NCBI GenBank assembly: GCA_964016885.1
Contig: OZ024744.1
Coordinates: forward strand, 61,752,001 to 61,816,000
Length of the DNA stretch: 64,000 bases
DNA from: Eledone cirrhosa
Lineage: Eukaryota
Direction of reading: 5' to 3'
The translations under genes were made by a program, and so were the position numbers. Position 1 is the stretch's first letter; every line of letters begins with the position of its first letter. Shown piece by piece: positions 51,830 through 64,000 of the stretch. A model generated the notes under the pieces. That model was given only the letters and a program-made list of their open reading frames with translations, ran no database searches and had not been told where the DNA came from.

Positions 51830-54700
51830 GTTGGTTGTTTCTGTAGCGGTTAGAGTTACATGGGACTGGGTTGCTAGCCCGATGCCCATGCTTGTGCTTG
51901 ATGTATCTTAGTCCAGTAAATCACTTACATTGGTGGGCTAACAGACATCAAGCACAGACAAAGGCATTGGATTAGCAGCCCAGCCCTTTGTAACTCTAAA
52001 CTGCTACAGAAACAACCAAGAGAATTCACACAAAGATAAAGGCAGTGGAAACAGTCCACCTACGACGGACCCCAATCAAAGTTGCAAGGATGTTAGGTTC
52101 CTGATGAGCCAGATTCTGAGCACCAAACCCAGAACAAAAATCAGAACTTGGAACATGCAGACACTGTACCAAATAGAAAAGCTGGCTCAGCTGCTGCGAC
52201 AATTTGATGAGTACAAATTGGACATCCTGAGCATCAGTGAGATATGGTGGACAGGCAGTGGTAAGATCAACAATAGCAGTGGCACAACACTGCTCTACTC
52301 CAGCCACCAGGACTAGCACTTACATAGAGTCAGATTTGTGCTGAGTAATGTAGTGACTCAGGCACTGATTGGGTGGAAGCCAGTGAGCAAATGTATCATC
52401 ATCGCCCGTTTCCAATCCCAACATGTGAAGACCACTGTGGTGTGGGTCTATGTACCGACAGAGGACGGTGATGTCACTGCAAAGGATGATGTCTATGATC
52501 AGCTGCAAGACACATTCAATGAACTGCCTAGCTATAACTTCAAACTACTGATCAGAGACTTCAATACCTGGCTGAATGGCAGCAAGCAGGGACTGGAATA
52601 GGTTACTGGACTGTTCGGTTCTGCTTGGAAAACCACAGACAATGGCGAATAGCTGTTCTGATCTCTGCTGTGAACAGCCTGAGCATTGGCAACACCTACT
52701 TTAAGCACAAAGCCATCCACAAGATGACCTGGCACTTCCTGGATAATAGCACCAGAAACAAGATCAACTATATCTGCATTAGTCAGGGCTGGAGATCCTC
52801 AGTATATGATGTCAGAGTGTATAAGGGTACAGACATTGGCTCATACCACCATCTGGTGCGAGCCACTCTACAGGTGTGCCTGAAGAAGCAAATACAGCAA
52901 GAAAGGTCAAGGCTGTGGTAGAGAAGCTGAAAGAACCTGGCAGGTTGCAGCAGTACCAAGTAACGCCGCACAACTGGTTCCAGCAGCTGGGCGAGGCAAT
53001 GGACCTGGAAGAACAGTGGGTGCTATATACAACTGCAGTGAATGAAGCAGTGCAGAAGACTGAGCAGAAAAAGGCAAAGAGTGAAATGGACACTGCCAAA
53101 ACGGAAGAAAAAAAGAAGAAAACAGATGCCGCATACTGCCAGCTTGGCCAATAGGTAAAGAAAAGCTGGCGATGAGTGAAATGAGACTGGCTGGAAAAGA
53201 AAGAGATGACTGGGACAGAGAAGAATCCAGGTTTGCCAGTGTAGGACAAAAGTGACAAGATCCTAGAGACAGCAGATAAACAAGACCAGAGATGGGTAGA
53301 ACACTTCTGGGAAACACTGAACCAACCAGCTCCATCTGTTCTGTTTGCCTTTGACTCAGAACCAGCAGCAACTGATGTACTGCTCCAAGTCTGTGAGAAC
53401 CAAATTACCGAACAGGAAACAAGAGATGTAATCAAGGCTCTGAAGAACAACAAAGCCAGAGGACTCAATGAGATCTCATCAGAGATGTTGAAGTCTAATG
53501 AGGACAACACTATCAAAGCACTGACCAGACCGATGAACCACTGCTGACAGGATGGACAAGTGCCTCTTGGATAGCAACGTTAAACTGCCAAAGAAGGGGA
53601 ATCTAATAGATTGTAACAACTGATGTGTCATCAACAGCTGCTGGTCTTGAACAAAGTATTCAGCACAATGTTGCTATGACGGCTACAACAAGATGAAGAC
53701 TCTATGCTTAGAGAAGAACAAACGGGTTTCCAAAGCAACCACTTGTGCACTGACATCATTAAGCTGCAAAAGCTTCATTGGCAAGGCATTTGACAGCATA
53801 CACAGGGAATCACTGTAGAACATTGCGCACTTGTATGGCATTCCATTGAGTTTCATTACCCTCAAAGACTGTTCGCCAACTTGAGCTGTTGCGTGAGAAC
53901 CAAATCCAATACAACAGAGTTGTTCAACATCATCTTCGGAGACAGACAAAGCTGCATTCTCTACCCTGTTGTTCCTGCTGGCAGCTGATAGACTGCTGAT
54001 GGAGCTGGTCAAGCATCTTGTGGACAACGCCTTGCTAGCTGAGGACTGAACAAACCAGCAGGAGCTATCAACCTCCCTGCAGCTGAGATAATTGGGTTAT
54101 GAATCAACACCCAAAAGACCAAGGTTATGATGGTGGGAAGTGACCTTGGCTAGGTGGCTGCAGTTAAGGTGAACCAATAGGAGCTGGACAAGGTCAACCA
54201 TTTCACATACTTTGGTAGCATCCTGAACAACAGTAGCGACATAAAGCTGGACATCAACTGCTGCATTGGAAAGGTGACTGCAGTGTTTGAATGGATGCAT
54301 TCAATTTGATCAAACACAGACATCAGCATGTACATCAAACTGCACTTGTACTTCCTGCAAAACATGGAAATACACTGCCAAAATGGATGGATGTCTAAAC
54401 ACTTTCCATCAAAGGTACCTACATAAGATTCTAAAGGTCACCTAGCGAGATTGGATTAGAAGCGAAGAGCTCCTGTGGAGAGCAGGGTTGCATACACTGC
54501 AGGAGATCCATTTGCGGATCACATTCTGCGCCTCCCAGAACATCAACTATCAAAAATGGCGACAACGCGGATTCCCTTGAAGGCAAGTGGAAAAGAGGCC
54601 AACCGAAAATGACCTGGCGGCAGACATTCAAAGGCAACCTACAAACCGTCAATATCACCTGGCATGGATGTCAATGAGCTGCCACCAACAAATAAGTTGG
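51830..54700 (+). mobile_element. Degraded RTE (BovB-like) LINE, APE and RT
   Basis: IRTWNMQTL...DILSISEIWWTGSG, NTYFKHKAIHKMTW, DIGSYHHLV, LKNNKARG, KAFDSIHR, HFTYFGS and GKWKRGQPKMTW. Confidence 0.85.
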
Positions 54701-54779
54701 CAAAGCTGGGACTCATTCTTGTGCCTATGCCCATTCATGTCATCTGTTGGTGTATCTCACCCGAGAAAGAGAAACAGCT

Positions 54780-55519
54780 GAGGGTGAGAACCAGCCTGGC
54801 CAGGTGGATAAGGGTGGAGGTGGATGTTTGAGGTGATGGGCGAAGGTTAGGAAAATGGTGGAGGGCAAAAAAGCCCTAACCATGGGGGATGACAGTATAT
54901 AGGAACTTAACATCAAGGGTGAAGAGAAGGGATGGTGGGCCAGATTGGAAGATGGAATCAAAGAGGCAGAGGGCATGGTTGGTGTCAGAGGTGGAATGGC
55001 AGGGTGGCTACCATGGGTTAAAATATGGAGTCCAAGGAATCAGTTTGGATGGACAATAGCAAGCGGAGCTGATGGGATGTCCTGGGGTATATGGTTTATA
55101 GATTTTGGAGAGGAAGTATATTGTAGACGTGTGGGGTGGGTGGATGATAAGGTTTGTGGCAGTGGTGGGTAGAAGTGATGAGGCGATGAGTTGGCATAGA
55201 GTGGAGGAAACCTGTTTCAGATTGAATGTAGTGGTGTCGGAAGGCAGGTGAGGCTAAAAGAAGAGACGGTGTAGTTGCTGTAATGCCTCCATTTTGTAGA
55301 GGTTGGTGTGCCATATGACTACAGTGGCCCCCTTTGTCAGCTGGTTTAATGACGACATCATCATTCTGTCAGAGAGAGTGGAGTGCAGCGATTTCAGCCC
55401 AAGAGATGTTGGAAGCATTTCCGAAAGTTGAACAAATTCACAGCACAATGGAAGGCCTCAACAAAAGAGTCTAGGGCACTGATTTGTCTAGAAGCCAGTG
55501 TCTTATGCAATAGTTGCTG

Positions 55520-55550
<31 letters not shown>

Positions 55551-55880
55551 GTTGAGTATAAAATTGGAAAAGCAAGGACCCAGAAGACAAGATCATGAGA
55601 TTGATCTGACCTAGGCTGAAGATAAACAGAAAATGGAAAGTCCATGAGGCACTAGATGCAGCAAAAGAAATCCTTATGATCTGAGGAATAATGGGATACA
55701 CTCTAGGCAAATGGCAAGTAACAAAAATGAAATGGTGGTCAGAGGTTAGGGAAAGATGAAGGGCGATGTGATTTTACAAAAGGTGATGAAAGAAGAGGAT
55801 TCTAGAAGCCAAGAGGGCCAATGGGTGATGTGGGAAGGTGCATAGCTTGATTGAACTCACTTGGCCATTCAAAAGTAGAA
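54780..55880 (-). mobile_element. Penelope-like element RT fragment
   Basis: NDDVVIKPADKG (DKG motif), HPISSACYCP and LDVKFLYTVIPH (motif A). Confidence 0.8.
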
Positions 55881-56127
55881 TAGAAGAAGCACATATGTTC
55901 AAGATCTAAAATATGTCAGTTTGATTAACAGCCCGAGGTAAAGTTGACCCCAGTGAAATTTGAACTCTGGAATGTAAAGAATTATAACAAATACTACAAA
56001 ATATTTTGTCTGATGCTCTGGTGATTCAGCCAATCCGTTTATAGAAGACATGAAAAACGATGAGAAGAATATATAATGGAATGGACCCTAGAGCAGGGAG
56101 TGGGTGGGAACAACTATCTAGAATATT

Positions 56128-56310
56128 TTTTTCTACTTTTGGCACAAGGCCAGCAATTATCCAGTGTATTACTGGTACTTTATTTTATCGACCCCATAAG
56201 GATGAAAGGCAAAGTTAACCTCGGCGGGATTTGAACTCAGAATGGCAAGGGCCGTAACTCTATGCGTCAAAGCATGGTGTCCGACCCTCTACCGATACTG
56301 CCAATACACC
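56128..56310 (-). mobile_element. Young Nin/Deu-core SINE
   Basis: Near-exact reverse complement of 57401-57586. Confidence 0.85.
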
Positions 56311-57274
56311 AATGTTTTCTATTTGGGTAAGTTGATTCTATGAACTCCTGTTTTTTTACTGGTACTTTTTTTTTTATTCATTCTGGAATGATGAAAGCTA
56401 AAGTTGGCCTCAATGAGATTTGACCTCAGAATGTAATGAGCCGTGACTAAATACAGTCATGAACTTTTAAATTGTCTAGTGATTCTGCAAATCCTCTGCC
56501 ACAATTTTCAGGATATAAGATACACTCTTATTTTGAAGAAAAAAGGGGTCGGGAATAAAAAGGTTAGAGTATTATTTAAGATATCTATTTGGTGTAAAGG
56601 ACGCTAACAGATTCTCACATCAAATTCTTAATAAAAAAATTTAAAAAAAAGTATGTCCAACATTTTCTCTGATGGAGAACACTTTTAATAATATCTAAGT
56701 TTCCTTTATATGTGCAGGTATGGCTGGATGGGTAAGAAATTAGTTTTTCAACCGCCTGGTATTGGATTCACCCCTCTGCATGGCACTGACCAAGTGTTTT
56801 TTCACTTTAACCAATGTGAGTGAGTGAAACTACAGATGTCCTTCATATATATTTTTACACGTGTGCGCGTACGTATTAACGTTTGTGTCTGTTTATTTGC
56901 AATAATATAACGATTCAATAAAAGTAGACCGATTAAATAAGTACAAAACTTGAAAAAATAAGTAATGAGATCGATATGATCGACTAAATCTCTTCAAGGG
57001 GTGCTCTATCATGGGCAGTGTTTGCTGACTGAAACAAGTAACAGAATTATCGCCCTTTATTTCGGTTTCATTGTTTGACAAAAAGCGTAAAATAAAAATT
57101 CAAGTAAATCTTTATTCAGCTTTAAAAAATAAAATATAATAAAAAAAACCCACCACTATTCACAAGATATGTATTTTATAATCCGGAGAAATATTGGAAA
57201 AGATGTGTTGACGAGTAAAATTTTGATAGAATAAGGGAGGTAATTATAGTAAACACAGTAGTTATCTAACTTGC

Positions 57275-57900
57275 ATTATTTATTCTTAAGGTTGACTTTG
57301 CCTTTCATCCTTACGGGGTCGATAAAATAAAGTACCAGTAATGCACTGGGTAATTTCTGGCCTTGTGCCTAAAGTAGAAACAATTATTTATTCTTAATAT
57401 GGGCGGTGGATTGGCAGTATCGGTAGAGGGTCGGACGACATGCTTTGACGCATAGAGTTAAGGCCCTTGCCATTCTGAGTTCAAATCCCGTCGAGGTTAA
57501 CTTTGCCTTTCATCCTTCCGGGGTCGATAAAATAAAGTACCAGTAATGCATTGAGTAATTGCTGGCCTTGTGCCAAAAGTAGAAACAAGTATTTATTCTT
57601 AACAGTCGGACGCCATGCTTTCCAGCATAGTTACGTCCCTTTACGATTTGAGTTCAAATCCCGCCGAGGTTGACTTTGCCTTTCATCCTTACGGGGTCGA
57701 TAAAATAAAGTACCAGTAATGCACTGGTGTATTGCTGACCTTGTGCCTAAAGTAGAAACAATTATTTATTCTTAACAGTTCAAATCCCTCCTAGTTTATA
57801 TTTGCCTTTCATCCTTACGGGGACGATAAAATAAAGTACCAGTAATACACTAGGTAATTGCTGGCCTTGTGCCAAAGTAGAAACAATTATTTATTCTTAA
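57275..57900 (+). repeat. Array of four SINE copies separated by five 15-bp direct repeats (ATTATTTATTCTTAA)
   Basis: Repeats at 57275, 57383, 57588 (one mismatch), 57761 and 57886. The intervening SINEs differ in 5' truncation. Confidence 0.92.
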
Positions 57901-57959
57901 GGATTTACTTCTTTACTCAATCTATGGTTATGTTGTTGCTGCGCTGGTGTTGGCAACAA

Positions 57960-59090
57960 TGATGCACTGTGACTCCCTGCTGTTTTCTGTAGAGGGCTGT
58001 TAGATTGGAGGTATGTCCATATCGGTGAGACCTAGGCTTTTTGCCCTCAATAATCACGCATAGCTCTATGCCATCTGGAAGGCGAATTAGACCTGGGATC
58101 TTGTCAATCTCTTCTAGTTTAATCTAGAGAAGTATTTTCAGACTGATCCTAGACCGGTATATTTCCGAATATACCGGCCCCACTCTTGAGCTATACAGAC
58201 ATGACAGTCATGACTGCATTGGTACCACGTTGCTCACTCAAATACAGCTTGGCTCCTTCCACCCCCACCCTTGACATCACCATCTCCACCACTTCCTGGA
58301 TATCTCCATTTCTATCAACTACTTCCTCATCATGTCTGCCATCTTTAAACCTACTGATTCCCTTACCTCCTCCTGTCCCATCCACACCAAACACTCCATC
58401 CCTTACTCCTAATTCCTTCTCTGCCATCTGTGCAGTCGAATCTATGACTTCGAGGCTTAGGCTGATTACATGGGTAGACGCTTCACCCAGTGAGGACAGC
58501 CACCCTCATCTGTGCCCATGGATTTGACCACACCTCTGCCCCAACACAACATCCCTGTCCCCCACCAATTGGCTACAATTTCTTCTACCACCCTTCCACC
58601 TCCAGTCAGATCCATCCACCCCTCCCATTTACCCCCTCCTTTCTTTTAAGTGTGCACGCAACATTAAGAACCTTTTCGTCTGCAGTTCCCTCCCTTTCTT
58701 GGATCCCAACCCCGCCGTCATACAGTCAGCTTCATTACCCACTTCACCACCCTCATCAGACCTAACGACTTTCTCTTTTATTTTCGGGACTCTTTTTTGT
58801 TGCACTTCCATAATCATCATCTATGGACTCTGGTACATGCTATGTGGGGCCCATTACTGTTGGTCAGACTGGCTGACAGGTTCGCTGAACATTTGGGTTG
58901 GCAACTCGTCCTCGGTGGCCTGATGTTTCCAATCTGCCAGTAATTCCATGCATCAACTCACTGTATTGGGCTGCACCAGGCCCCCCTTACACATGCCACC
59001 AGTGTGAACAGAAGGATCTCCTGATGTAGGGCTAAAGTCCGATAAGTTGAACTGTTTCCCTCTTTCATTTAACATGAACCTAATAACATT
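57960..59090 (+). mobile_element. Degraded Penelope-like element (RT thumb and GIY-YIG)
   Basis: LDITIS, SIPYS and FCCTSIIIIYGL...VGQTG...DRFAEHL. Confidence 0.65.
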
Positions 59091-59124
59091 GTTTTGTATG
59101 TTTGTGTTTATATATATATATTTA

Positions 59125-59556
59125 TACGAAGGGTCAGTTGTATGATGCCTGTGTGAGATGCACAATGCTGCATGGTAGTGAGACATGGGCAGCAACTGCA
59201 GAGGATATGCAAAAGCTGGAGAGAAATGAAGCAAGCATGCTCTGTTGGATGTGCATGAAAAACCAAGCATAGACGAGTTGAGAGTGAAACTGTGTATAAG
59301 AGGGATAAACTGTAGTGTGCAGGAGAGAAGACTGCATTGTTATGCACATGGAAGATGACTGCTGGGTGAAGAAGTGCCAAGAAATCCCGGTGGAAGGAAG
59401 ACCATGAAAAAGATGGGTGGAGATGGTGAGAGCTGACTTCAGATCGCTGAAGCTCACAGAGGAGATGAGGGACCGTGATGGATGGAGAGTTGTTGTGCTG
59501 AAGAGGACCCGTCCCACCCTTGCAAGCAAGGAAAAGCGGACATAAGATGATGATGA
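59125..59556 (+). mobile_element. RTE LINE 3' end with (ATG)n tail
   Basis: LYDACVRCTMLHGSETW...LERNEASML...QERRL. Ends ggaaaagcggacataagatgatgatg. Confidence 0.85.
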
Positions 59557-59734
59557 TATATATATATATCATCATCATTAACATCCATATTCCATGCTAG
59601 CTACGGGTTAAAGGAATTGTTCTGTTGTGAGCTAGTCCAGGTCAGGAGACCATGTCTTGCTCATAGCAATATCCGTAGGTGTGAAAAAAGAAAAAGGAAA
59701 ACAGTGGTCAATCGAGAAGAGAGCAGAATATTAT

Positions 59735-59955
59735 ATTATATTATATTATTTATGTTCATACACAGAATAAAGACACTACCTAAGGTTTCAAAGCCCAATA
59801 TTGACCATATCTCCAGAATATAAGTGGGATCAAAATTGTGACCTACATTCAGAAGCTTATATGAGTAAATTCTGGAGATATAGTCAATATTGGGCCTTGA
59901 AACCTTAGGTAGCACTTATGTTCCATGTATGAATATAAATAAATAATAAAATATA
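59735..59955. repeat. Foldback palindrome
   Basis: ctacctaaggtttcaaagcccaatattgaccatatctccagaat pairs with attctggagatatagtcaatattgggccttgaaaccttaggtag. Confidence 0.9.
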
Positions 59956-60939
59956 TATGTATCCGTTATAATTATATATGAGAAATTGCTTTATGAACAG
60001 CAACTCTTTTTTTTTTATTTACATATGTATATAATATAGTGAATTTCATTAAAAAAAAAAATTACATCTAAAGTTGACAGGGCTCTCAGTCCAAGGGACG
60101 AATTGTAATATACAAAATCAGGTTAAATTCACATTTTCATTTGTCACATACGAGTGTTTCACTGGGGAATTATTATTTCCACAGCTTGTCAGTCTGACAT
60201 CTTTGAAATGGATGCTGCTAGCCTTGGATTTTTCCCCACGCACCATTTAACTGTCAATCAAAACCCCAAGTTCTTTGCCCTTCCATAAAAACTCTCTAGT
60301 ATAAAGGTTCTCAACGGCGGGCATATGCCCCCCCGGGGGGTGTTTCGGAGCTCCTGGGGGACGTTAGGCTATTTACTTAGCTAAGTTTTATAAGTCATAT
60401 TTGTACGTCTCTGAGACAGCCAGTGTGAATGCATTTGAATGAAGAAAACGAAGAAATTAAATAAAAGAAGCTTGTCAACGAATTCCCTAGAGATAAAAGA
60501 AAATGAACATAAGGATGTCAACTTTGACAACAGTTACAAGAACAACTTCAACAGAAATGACAACAAAAAGAAGCAATGGTGATGAAAGGTGTGGGTGTAT
60601 ACATATACATATATACAATCATACACACACATGCATATGTACGTACATACATACATACACACACAGGCCGGCGTTTGTGAGGTTGAGAACCTGGTCAGCT
60701 TTCAGCCAGAGCTGTGGTATTTAATCTCCCTAGGTAATAAAATCTGGAGGCAAAATTCTCTCCTTACCAAAAAAACAAACAAATCATGTCAACATCCTTA
60801 CACACTTAAATATAAATGCATGTATATATACAAATGTATAAATGCATAACTATATACATAGGTAAATGTATGTATATATGTATGTAGATTTATATATATA
60901 TATATATTATACACACACAAACACATATATATATATATT

Positions 60940-61691
60940 GTTTTGTATGGCCTTTTTAACTTATGTTTATAGCTCTGGTATCTTCATATCCATTGAGCAC
61001 TTGCCAACACAATTCGGAAGTTGCGTTTCGCTAATTTCTACTCGCCGAAATGTGATTCTCGCTAAAATTATATTTGTACTAATCTCCCAAGTCTAGCAAT
61101 TAACCAGTTAATTAAAAAAATTTTTTTAGTTAATTCTATTGACTGATTAATCGCTTAAGTTTATTTTAAAAACTACTCGGTCGAGAGCTTAATTCGTTTT
61201 GTGCTACTTTTGCAAATTTTTGCAATGACTACACATACTGAATTCATTTGCCAAAACTAGGGGTTTTCTCCCCTTTGGAGTTCACATGTGCTTTCGAACA
61301 CTGTGAGATCCTGGCGCACGCAGAACAAAATAGCTGTTGAGAAAGTGATATCCTTGTTCGATCATTATACCAAAAGCTTATTTTTTATAAGCAGACAGTA
61401 TTATTGATTTAGGTGTCGCAGAAACCCTATATCGGATTTTACCATCATTCCCGAGGGTCCGGGTAAATATTTCAATCATATCCTATTTTGTTTGACCCGC
61501 TTAGCTTGCTCGCTTTTTTTGGCTTAGGTGGTTAATGGCTTCTTAACCATCGTCTCAGTTTCGTATGGCCTTTTTAACTTATGTTTATAGCTCTGGTATC
61601 TTCATATCCATTGAGCACTTGCCAACACAAATTGGAAGTTGCGTTTCGCTAATTTCTACTCGCCGAAATGCAATTCTTGCTAAATTTATAT
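60940..61691. mobile_element. Unclassified element: 618-bp unit with about 134-bp terminal direct repeats, in (TA)n
   Basis: 60940-61073 is repeated at 61558-61691 with few mismatches. CpGs are retained. Confidence 0.75.
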
Positions 61692-62312
61692 ATAATATAT
61701 ATATATATTTTTTTTCAGTCTGGTCTACCTCTGGTGGTAGGATCCGTACCGTAGATAGGACTCAATGTAATCTTGTAAAATCCATAGATAAGTTCTGTTA
61801 TTCACTCTTTAGATACAGAGTCAGATATTAGGTATTAAATTAACAATAAAAATAAAAACAAAGTTATAAAGCAACTTGACTTTGTTCTTTTTATTTTCAT
61901 TGTTAACTTGATAACACACACACACATATATATATATATGCACAGTGTGACAAGAAGCTTGCTTCCCAACCACATGTTTCCGGATTCAGTCCCACAAATC
62001 GCTGTGAATGGATCTGATAGACTGAAACTAAAAGAAGCATGTTGTATATATGTCTGTGTGTGTGTCCTTGCGTTTGTATTTGCCCACCCACCAATGCTTG
62101 TTGGTTTGTTGACGTCCCCATAACTTACCAAGGTGATGCTCCAGCATGGGCGTAGTCTAGAGACAGAAAAAAAGTAAAGCGTATATATATGTGTGTGTGT
62201 GTGTGTTTAGAAGAGGGGTCTCAAACTCAAGGACATAAAAGGGCCATTACGTCCTGGAGGAGAGGCACTGGGCCAAACGTGGTGGTGGGTGATGATTTTC
62301 ACCAGTTATAAT

Positions 62313-62526
62313 CATTTCTACTATAGGCACAATGCATGAAATTTAGGGTTTAGGGTCCTGTCGATTACATCGATCCCAGTTCACAACTGGTACTTAATTT
62401 ATCGACCCCAAAAGGATGAAAGGCAAAGTTGAGATCTGGGAAATTTGAACTTGGAACGTAAAAACGGAAGAAGTACCGCTAAGCATTTCGCCAGATGTGC
62501 TAACAATTCCACCAGCTTACTGCCTT
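62313..62526 (-). mobile_element. Nin/Deu-core SINE with 18-bp TSD, inside a small hAT MITE (about 62212-62610)
   Basis: TSD attttcaccagttataat at 62295-62312 and 62527-62544. Host ends aggggtctcaaactc ... gcgggccgcatgtttgaga. Confidence 0.85.
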
Positions 62527-62672
62527 ATTTTCACCAGTTATAATGGAATCTGAAATATTGGTTCTACCACGGATCATAGAAAAGTAGTTCGCGGGCCGCA
62601 TGTTTGAGAGATAGATAGACATGTACCAAACACACACACTTCTTACTCTCTCTCTTTCTCTATATATATATA

Positions 62673-63004
62673 TCATCATCATTTTACATCCGCTTTTCCC
62701 TGCTTGTAAGGGTGGGACGGGAACTGATTCTGGCTTGATTTCTACAGCTGGATGCCCTTCCTAACACCAACCTCATTTACAGTGAGTGGTGGGTGCTTTT
62801 TTGCCGTGGCACCTCCACGACCACTTTACAGTGGAATGATAGGGACCCCAGTCCCTATCATCTCATTTCTACAGCTGAGTAAACTGGAGCAATGTGAAAT
62901 AAAGTGTCTTGCTCAAGGAAACAACACATCACTCGGTCTGAGAATTGAACTCACAACCTTTCGATTGCAAGCCCAATGCTCTAATCACTAAGCCATGTGC
63001 CTCC
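62673..63004 (-). mobile_element. Full-length RTE-tailed tRNA SINE containing about one unit of the 48-bp repeat
   Basis: tRNA head, ccttgagcaagacacttt core, cactgtaaagtggtcgtggaggtgccacggcaaaaaagcaccca unit, and a tail matching RTE 59508-59556. Confidence 0.85.
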
Positions 63005-63778
63005 ATTATATATATATATATGACCCAGCAATAAAAACTGGAGACAAAATTCTTTCTGTACCAAAAACAAGGCACACACAGACAGACGTTTGTGTGTTAG
63101 TGCATGCACACACACGTGTGTGTGTGTGTGTGTGTGTGTGTGATACAGATATTGTTTGTTCACTGTCACTAAGCATCTCAATTTATTTGTTGCAACTAAA
63201 TTTGTGATCGAGGCAGTTTATTTTATAAGGTACTATTTTTCCCTTGAGTTTGTGATTTCAGAGAAAGGTAAGAAATTCTTCATATTTTGCATCTTTTGTA
63301 TTTTGACTTTACAGTTTGAATTGTAGAATTGTCTATCTACTCAAAATATTACAGCAGCTGACAGTGAAATACAAAATTTAAAAAAAAAGCTTTTTCAACT
63401 GAGATCAAATCTTTGAGAACATTCGCGTCTATTGTTCAAAAATAAATAATTGGAAATAGCTTGCTTTTGTTTTGGACTGAAACTTTTTTGTATTTAATTC
63501 GTATGAGTATTTTTTAAAGATTCTAACATAACTTGGCCCAGTAATCTACTGATATCAAAATCAGTAGTATATTGAAAAATGGAAAAATAGGGTAGGGGGC
63601 GTTTCGTGATTTCGAGGGGCAAAAGGGGGCATTTGGCCGAAATGGGTTGAGAACCTTTGCTCTAGTAGAATTAATGCTACCAGTCGTTCCAAAAATGTTG
63701 GACTTAAGAGCTGTGGAAATAATAATTCCCTAGCAAAGGATGAAAATGTGAATTTAACCTAATTTTGTACACACACAT

Positions 63779-63814
<36 letters not shown>

Positions 63815-64000
63815 GTGGGGTGTCGGCTCACTTTTAAAAATTAATTACCAATCAACCCCGTCTTGCTCATTTGTATGTATCAGTTCTTCCTTTTTCCTAA
63901 TTAATATTTTATTATTATAATTACCACACAAGAAACAGAATCTGGTAATATCCCAGTGGATATGCACAAGTTTCACTTAAAACTATGGAACACAATCTGT

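Larger units (their letters stand above)
60302..63659. mobile_element. Non-autonomous hAT (Charlie-type) element, 3.36 kb including nested insertions
   Basis: TIRs (t)aaaggttctcaac / gttgagaacctttg and perfect 8-bp TSD ctctagta at 60294-60301 and 63660-63667. Confidence 0.85.

Noticed and set aside
57275-57900. CRISPR array
   Set aside because: The spacers are homologous SINE copies of unequal length, the repeat is only 15 bp, there are no cas genes and the context is eukaryotic.

Overview
AT-rich, microsatellite-dense animal genomic DNA, most likely an octopus (coleoid cephalopod). This is inferred from the SINE/LINE repertoire and repeat style, not proven. No intact host protein-coding gene is recognisable. 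The window is a layered collection of transposon remnants: L1/Tx1, RTE, Penelope-like, CRE-type and CR1-type non-LTR elements, a Gypsy pol relic, two Tc1/mariner relics, hAT, piggyBac and pogo-like MITEs, tRNA-derived SINEs and foldback palindromes. Main observations: (1) a Tx1-clade LINE whose copies all sit in (GATA)n tracts in the same orientation, with related copies at (AAT)n sites; (2) an array of four differently truncated SINEs separated by five copies of one 15-bp target site; (3) a 37 x 48-bp minisatellite expanded from inside an RTE-tailed SINE, which explains the two longest ORFs; (4) minimal hammerhead-ribozyme motifs; (5) an unclassified 618-bp unit with 134-bp terminal redundancy. 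All calls were made by eye, so element boundaries are approximate unless a target-site duplication (TSD) is quoted.
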